Shown here one piece after another: positions 60,264 through 64,000 of a stretch of DNA of 64,000 nucleotides; position 1 is the stretch's first letter; each line of letters begins with the position of its first letter. The notes under the pieces are model-generated. The model saw only the letters and a list, made by a program, of their open reading frames with translations. It searched no databases and was not told the origin of the DNA. Made by a program: the position numbers and the translations under genes. Location of the stretch: assembly GCA_963750165.1 (NCBI GenBank), contig CAVVPN010000011.1, forward strand, positions 1,056,001 to 1,120,000, read 5' to 3'. The stretch is from an uncultured Gemmataceae bacterium (lineage in GTDB: Bacteria; Planctomycetota; Planctomycetia; Gemmatales; Gemmataceae).

Positions 60264-61573
60264 TTACCCGATCTCCCGCATGATCTCCTGCGCCTTGTTC
60301 AAGTCCCGCTCCGCGTAAATCTGCGTCGTCTCGACCCGGGTGTGCCCGAGGACGACCTTCGCGGCCTCGACGCCGTACTTCGCCCGGAGCCATGTCGCCG
60401 CCGTGTGCCGCAGCTGGAGCGGGGACCACTCCGGCACCCCTGCCGCCTTGCACGCCCGCACCACCGCTTGCCTGTAACTGTGCCGGGTGTAGCGCTCGCC
60501 GGGTGAGCGCCTGGGTTTTACCTTCCGTTTCCGGGCCAGTTGGCTCGGCTGGCGTTTGCTCTTGCGCAGCGCGGCACGTTCGGCGCGTCGTTCTTCGACA
60601 TGGGCTTTCGGGGAGAACAGGTATTCCTCGACGTTGGTGCGCAGGAACGGGCGGAGAACTTCCTGGGCCTGTGGCCCCAGGTAAATGAATCGGTCCATGC
60701 CGCGGTGGCGGTTCTTGTGCTTGAACGGCGAATAGGTCCAGACCGGGCCGGTCGTGTTCAGGTCAATGCCGCGCATGACCATCACCTCGCCGGCCCGCAT
60801 GCCGGTCAGCAGCTGCAGCCGAACCATCGCCGCGATCGGCGCCGGCATCTTCGTCAACCCCGCCTCGACGACCTCGACGGCCACGGGCTTGACGCCCTCG
60901 GCCTCCGGGGACTCGCTACGCCCCTTTTTCAGACCGGGCACAGCAGCAATGGCACGGTAGACGGTTTCAGGAACCATCTCCTCGGCGACCGCCCAGCGGA
61001 ACAGGCGGACGATGTGGCCGACGCGCTGGTTGATGACGCCGCGCAACAGCGCCTTCTCGGAGCCGAGCAGTTCGCCGGGCAGCCACTTCTCTTTCCACAG
61101 CACCTCGCAGCACTTCGCGGTCTGGCGGAAGCACTGCTCCCGGAACCAGCGCTCCAGGGTTCTCTCTTCCTCGCCCACTTTGAGCTTGAAACGGACGAGG
61201 TAGCGCCTGGAGTCGGCCATCTTCTGACGCACGGCCTTCAACTTGAGCGGGGAGAATTCCGCCGCCGGGAGCAACCCGTACAGGGCCTTGAGGGGTCGGA
61301 GCGAGAAGCGGAGGTTGTCAATCTCGTGGGTCGGGTTGCCGTCCACGTCACGGTAGTGCTGCTCGGCCCACCGCCAGAAGGCAAGGACCATCTCGTTGAT
61401 GCTGACAGATTCGGGTTGCTCGGTCGGGACGGGTTGTAGGCGCCGGCCGGCGGCGAGCCATTCAGCGATCAGCTTGTCGTAGGCCAGGCGAACGGCTTCC
61501 GGCGGGTTCTTCTGGCCGTCGGGCCAGTGGCCGAGGTAGTGGTCTTTCCCGTTGAGGGTGACCACGCCCAGCT
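60264..61573 (-). pseudogene. Tyrosine integrase with its 5' end separated by the IS21 insertion
   Basis: TGMRAGE (R), K, QLRH, LGH, TQIY; arm-binding-like VVTLNGKDHYLG begins right at the IS21 end. Confidence 0.85.
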
Positions 61574-61904
61574 GGTAATCGGCAAGCAAAACGGACCCGC
61601 ATCGGCGAGCAAAATGGACCCACCTGGGTTCAGGGGTTCACTGCCGAGAGCAGGGGTTGTGAACCAGCCCCCGGGCATTGCTCTTGTTCTGTCTGAGCGC
61701 GGTTGCTACCTTTCGGCCGCCGGGTGAAACGGAGTCGGGCTCTGCGGGGACGCAACCCGACAAGGGATAGCCCGGCCGATGGTGTGCCGATGGCACTGGG
61801 CCCCTCGCTCCACGTTGGTGGGCGAGCGGGCCGCCACCGTCATCGGACACCGGAGTTATGCCTCCCAAAATCCACCTCCCCATCTCCGGCGGCTGCATGG
61901 TTGC

Positions 61905-62679
61905 TCACTCGCCCTTCCTGCTCTTCTTGCTTTTCATCGACTCCCGGAAGCGGAAGCTTTCGCCATTCATCTCGAAGATGTGGCAGCGGTGCGTCAGCCG
62001 GTCCAGCAGCGCCGCCGTCATGCGCTCCCCCTGGAATACCTGGCCCCACTCGCTGAACGCCAGGTTGCTCGTCACCAGCAGGCTCTTGCCGCTCGTAGCG
62101 GTCGGCGAACACCTGGAACAGCAGCTCGGCGCCCGACGCGACTGAACGACAGGTAGCCCAGCTCGTCGCAGATCAGCAGGTCGGTGCGGTCCAGCTGGGC
62201 CAGCACGCGGTCGAGCTGGTACTGCTTCTGCGCCTCCTCCAGGCGCGTCACCAGCGCCGCCGCCGTGCAGAAGCGCACGCGCTTGCCCTGCCGGCACGCG
62301 GCCAGGCCCAGGGCGATGGCCAGTGCGTCTTGCCGGTGCCGGGGCTGCCGATGAGGCAGACGTTGGTCCGCTGCTCGATCCACTCGCCGCGCGCCAGCTC
62401 CAGCACCTTGGGCTTGCTCAGGGCCGGCACGGCGGTGAAGTCGAAGGTGTCGAAGTCCTTGTGGACCGGGAAGTCGGCCTGGCGGATGCGTGCCTGCACG
62501 GCGTTGCTGGCGCGGGCCGCGACCTCCAGTTCCGTCAGGCGCAGCAGGTATTGCTCGTAGCCCTCATTGGCCTGGGCCGCCTCGCGGGCCAGCTTCTCGA
62601 ACTCGGCGTGCATCGTGGGCAGCCGCAGTTGCTTGAGGTTGCTCTTGAGCAGCAGTTGGGTGTTGGCGTTCGCGGTCAT
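61905..62679 (-). CDS. istB: IS21 helper ATPase IstB; two frameshifts
   Basis: GSPGTGKTH, LLICDELGY, TSNL.FSEW, A.LDRLTH, GES.R. Confidence 0.9.
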
Positions 62680-64000
62680 TGTCCTCTTCTCCTCGGGTAA
62701 GTAGTTGGTCGAACCGGCCCAGGTCGGGCCGGGGGACCTGGTACTGACGTAGGGGTGTCACTGACGAGTGACAGTGGGCTGTCACTGTTTCCGCGGCCGG
62801 GCGTGCCTCGGCCAGCCGCGCCACCGCGGCGATGATGCGTTCGGCCTGCACGGGCTCTTGCAGCAGGCCCTGCTCCACGGCCTGTTGCACGCGCTCCAGC
62901 GGGTGGTCGGCCAGCAGTTGCAGCACGCGGATGTAGTGGCGCGCCCCGGCCCGCGCGCCGTGCCGCTTCTCCAGGGCCTCGCCGCAGCCGCGCGAACGAC
63001 GCGGGCAAGACGCCAGTCCTGCAGGACCGGGGCGTGGTCCAGCGCCGCCGGCCGCCGCCCCAGCGCGGCCAGGTAGTGCAGCGGGTCGAGCAGTTGCTCG
63101 TCCCGGCCGTAACTGCGCGGGTGCCGCGCCACCACCCGGCCGCCGGCTACCACCTCGACGCGCTCGACGTAGCCCTTGACGGTCACCGCCTGGTAGGCGC
63201 AGGCGCGCGGCACGCTGTAGCGGTTGCGGTCGAAGCGCACCGTCTGGTACTTGTCCACCTGGGCCGGCTGCGTGATGCAGGCGTCGAAGGGCCGGGGCGG
63301 CAGCGGCAGCGCCTCGGCCCGGTCGCGCCCGAAGCGCTGGCCGATCGACTCGGCGTAGCCGGCCACGGTGCGGCTGGCCTCGCGCAGGCAGCGCTCGCGC
63401 AGGGTGAGGTTCGAGCGCCGCCAGGTCGGCGACCTGCGGCACCGGCGTGGCCCACTGCCGTTGCAGCACGCGCACCCGGGTCTCGGCGTGGGGCTTCTCG
63501 TTGCCGCGCGCCGGCATGCAGAACAGCGGCTCGAAGGTGTAGTGGCTGGCCAGGGCGGCGTAGCGCTCGTTGGGCCGGCGCTCGCGGCCCCGGAAGATCT
63601 GGCGGACCACGGTGGTCGGGTTGTCCCACCAGACTTCGTGGGGCACACAGCCGAAGAAGGCGAAGGCTTCGACCAGGCCGGCGAGGATGGCCTCGGTGCG
63701 CTCGGTGGGCATGGCCATGGCGAACGGGTAGTTGGAGTAGGCCCAGGCGGTGACGAGCACGGGCACGAGGCGGCGACCGTCGGGGAAATCGACGTGGATG
63801 TGCCCGAAGTCACACTCCAGGCGCTGCCCGGGATCGTGTGCCAGTGGGATGAAGGTCTCGCGGCGGTCGCGGCGCTGTTGGCCGACGTAGCGGCGGACCT
63901 GGTCGTAGCCGCCCTGGTAGCCGTGCTCGGCGCCCAAGCGGCGGAAGATCTGCATGGCGGTGTGGCGCTGCTTGGGCGGCGCTTCCTCGTCGGCGGCGAG
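62564..64000 (-). CDS. istA: IS21 transposase IstA (5'-partial, frameshifted)
   Basis: PG...ECDFG, EAF.FFG.VP....WDN, RGNEK..AE, V.FDRNRYSVP. Confidence 0.88.
   Translation of the reverse strand, partial: LAADEEAPPKQRHTAMQIFRRLGAEHGYQGGYDQVRRYVGQQRRDRRETFIPLAHDPGQRLECDFGHIHVDFPDGRRLVPVLVTAWAYSNYPFAMAMPTERTEAILAGLVEAFAFFGCVPHEVWWDNPTTVVRQIFRGRERRPNERYAALASHYTFEPLFCMPARGNEKPHAETRVRVLQRQWATPVPQVADLAALEPHPARALPARGQPHRGRLRRVDRPALRARPGRGAAAAAPALRRLHHAAGPGGQVPDGALRPQPLQRAARLRLPGGDRQGLRRARRGGSRRPGGGAAPAQLRPGRATARPAALPGRAGAAAGGAGPRPGPAGLASCPRRSRGCGEALEKRHGARAGARHYIRVLQLLADHPLERVQQAVEQGLLQEPVQAERIIAAVARLAEARPAAETVTAHCHSSVTPLRQYQVPRPDLGRFDQLLTRGEEDNDRERQHPTAAQEQPQATAAAHDARRVREAGPRGGPGQ

Larger units (their letters stand above)
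36898..61573 (-). mobile_element. Integrated phage-satellite-like element with defence cargo (boundaries approximate)
   Basis: Order is integrase, ParB-like, DUF1580-like HTH, replicase, TerS/TerL, defence operon; nearly all genes are on the minus strand. The att core was not identified. Confidence 0.65.
61574..64000 (-). mobile_element. IS21-family element (continues beyond the window)
   Basis: Subterminal repeats gcaaaacggaccc / gcaaaatggaccc at 61586-61621; istA/istB pair. Confidence 0.88.

Noticed and set aside
61783..61840. Second, nested IS21 end
   Set aside because: The resemblance is weak. A single long IS21 end starting at ~61574 explains the region.
8990..63430. Frameshifts in at least nine genes (WD40 kinase, cytochrome fusion, rve integrase, IS4-B, PP2C, M17-N, terL, istA, istB) read as programmed frameshifting or mass pseudogenisation
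   Set aside because: They are scattered single-base indels in GC-rich tracts, with no slippery heptamers or accompanying nonsense decay noticed. Assembly error is more parsimonious; read-level checking is needed.

Overview
GC-rich DNA most consistent with a planctomycete, probably Gemmataceae-like. This is inferred from a LEPRxLL-type export motif, ECF sigma/Ser-Thr kinase pairs, a planctomycete-type cytochrome c and a DUF1580-like HTH. The window is almost entirely accessory DNA, in five blocks. (1) 1-20.4 kb: two mirror-image modules of ECF sigma plus Zn-finger Ser/Thr kinase, each divergent from a large secreted-protein gene. (2) Three IS4-family elements, five of whose six ends abut copies of a dispersed ~45-70 bp repeat that also occurs IS-free at 165-330. 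(3) 22.0-26.3 kb: a TGT-ended four-gene transposon (DDE integrase, two HTH proteins, a truncated probable second integrase) joined inside the Hint domain of a polymorphic toxin, leaving an orphan GIY-YIG/URI-like toxin tip and a DUF4240-like immunity gene. (4) 28.3-36.8 kb: an HxlR-linked ycaC/amidohydrolase/SDR/OYE/PP2C cluster and a stand-alone infC with an AUU start and a structured leader. (5) ~36.9-61.6 kb: a satellite-like integrated element with a tyrosine integrase (interrupted by IS21), a ParB-like gene, a single-chain Prim-Pol/DUF3987/exonuclease/PolA replicase, and TerS and TerL but no recognisable portal, capsid or tail genes. It carries an SNF2/DUF1156/DUF499 restriction-like defence operon with an ADP-ribosylglycohydrolase. 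Many genes contain single-base frameshifts, most likely assembly errors. All family assignments come from motif recognition by eye, not database searches.
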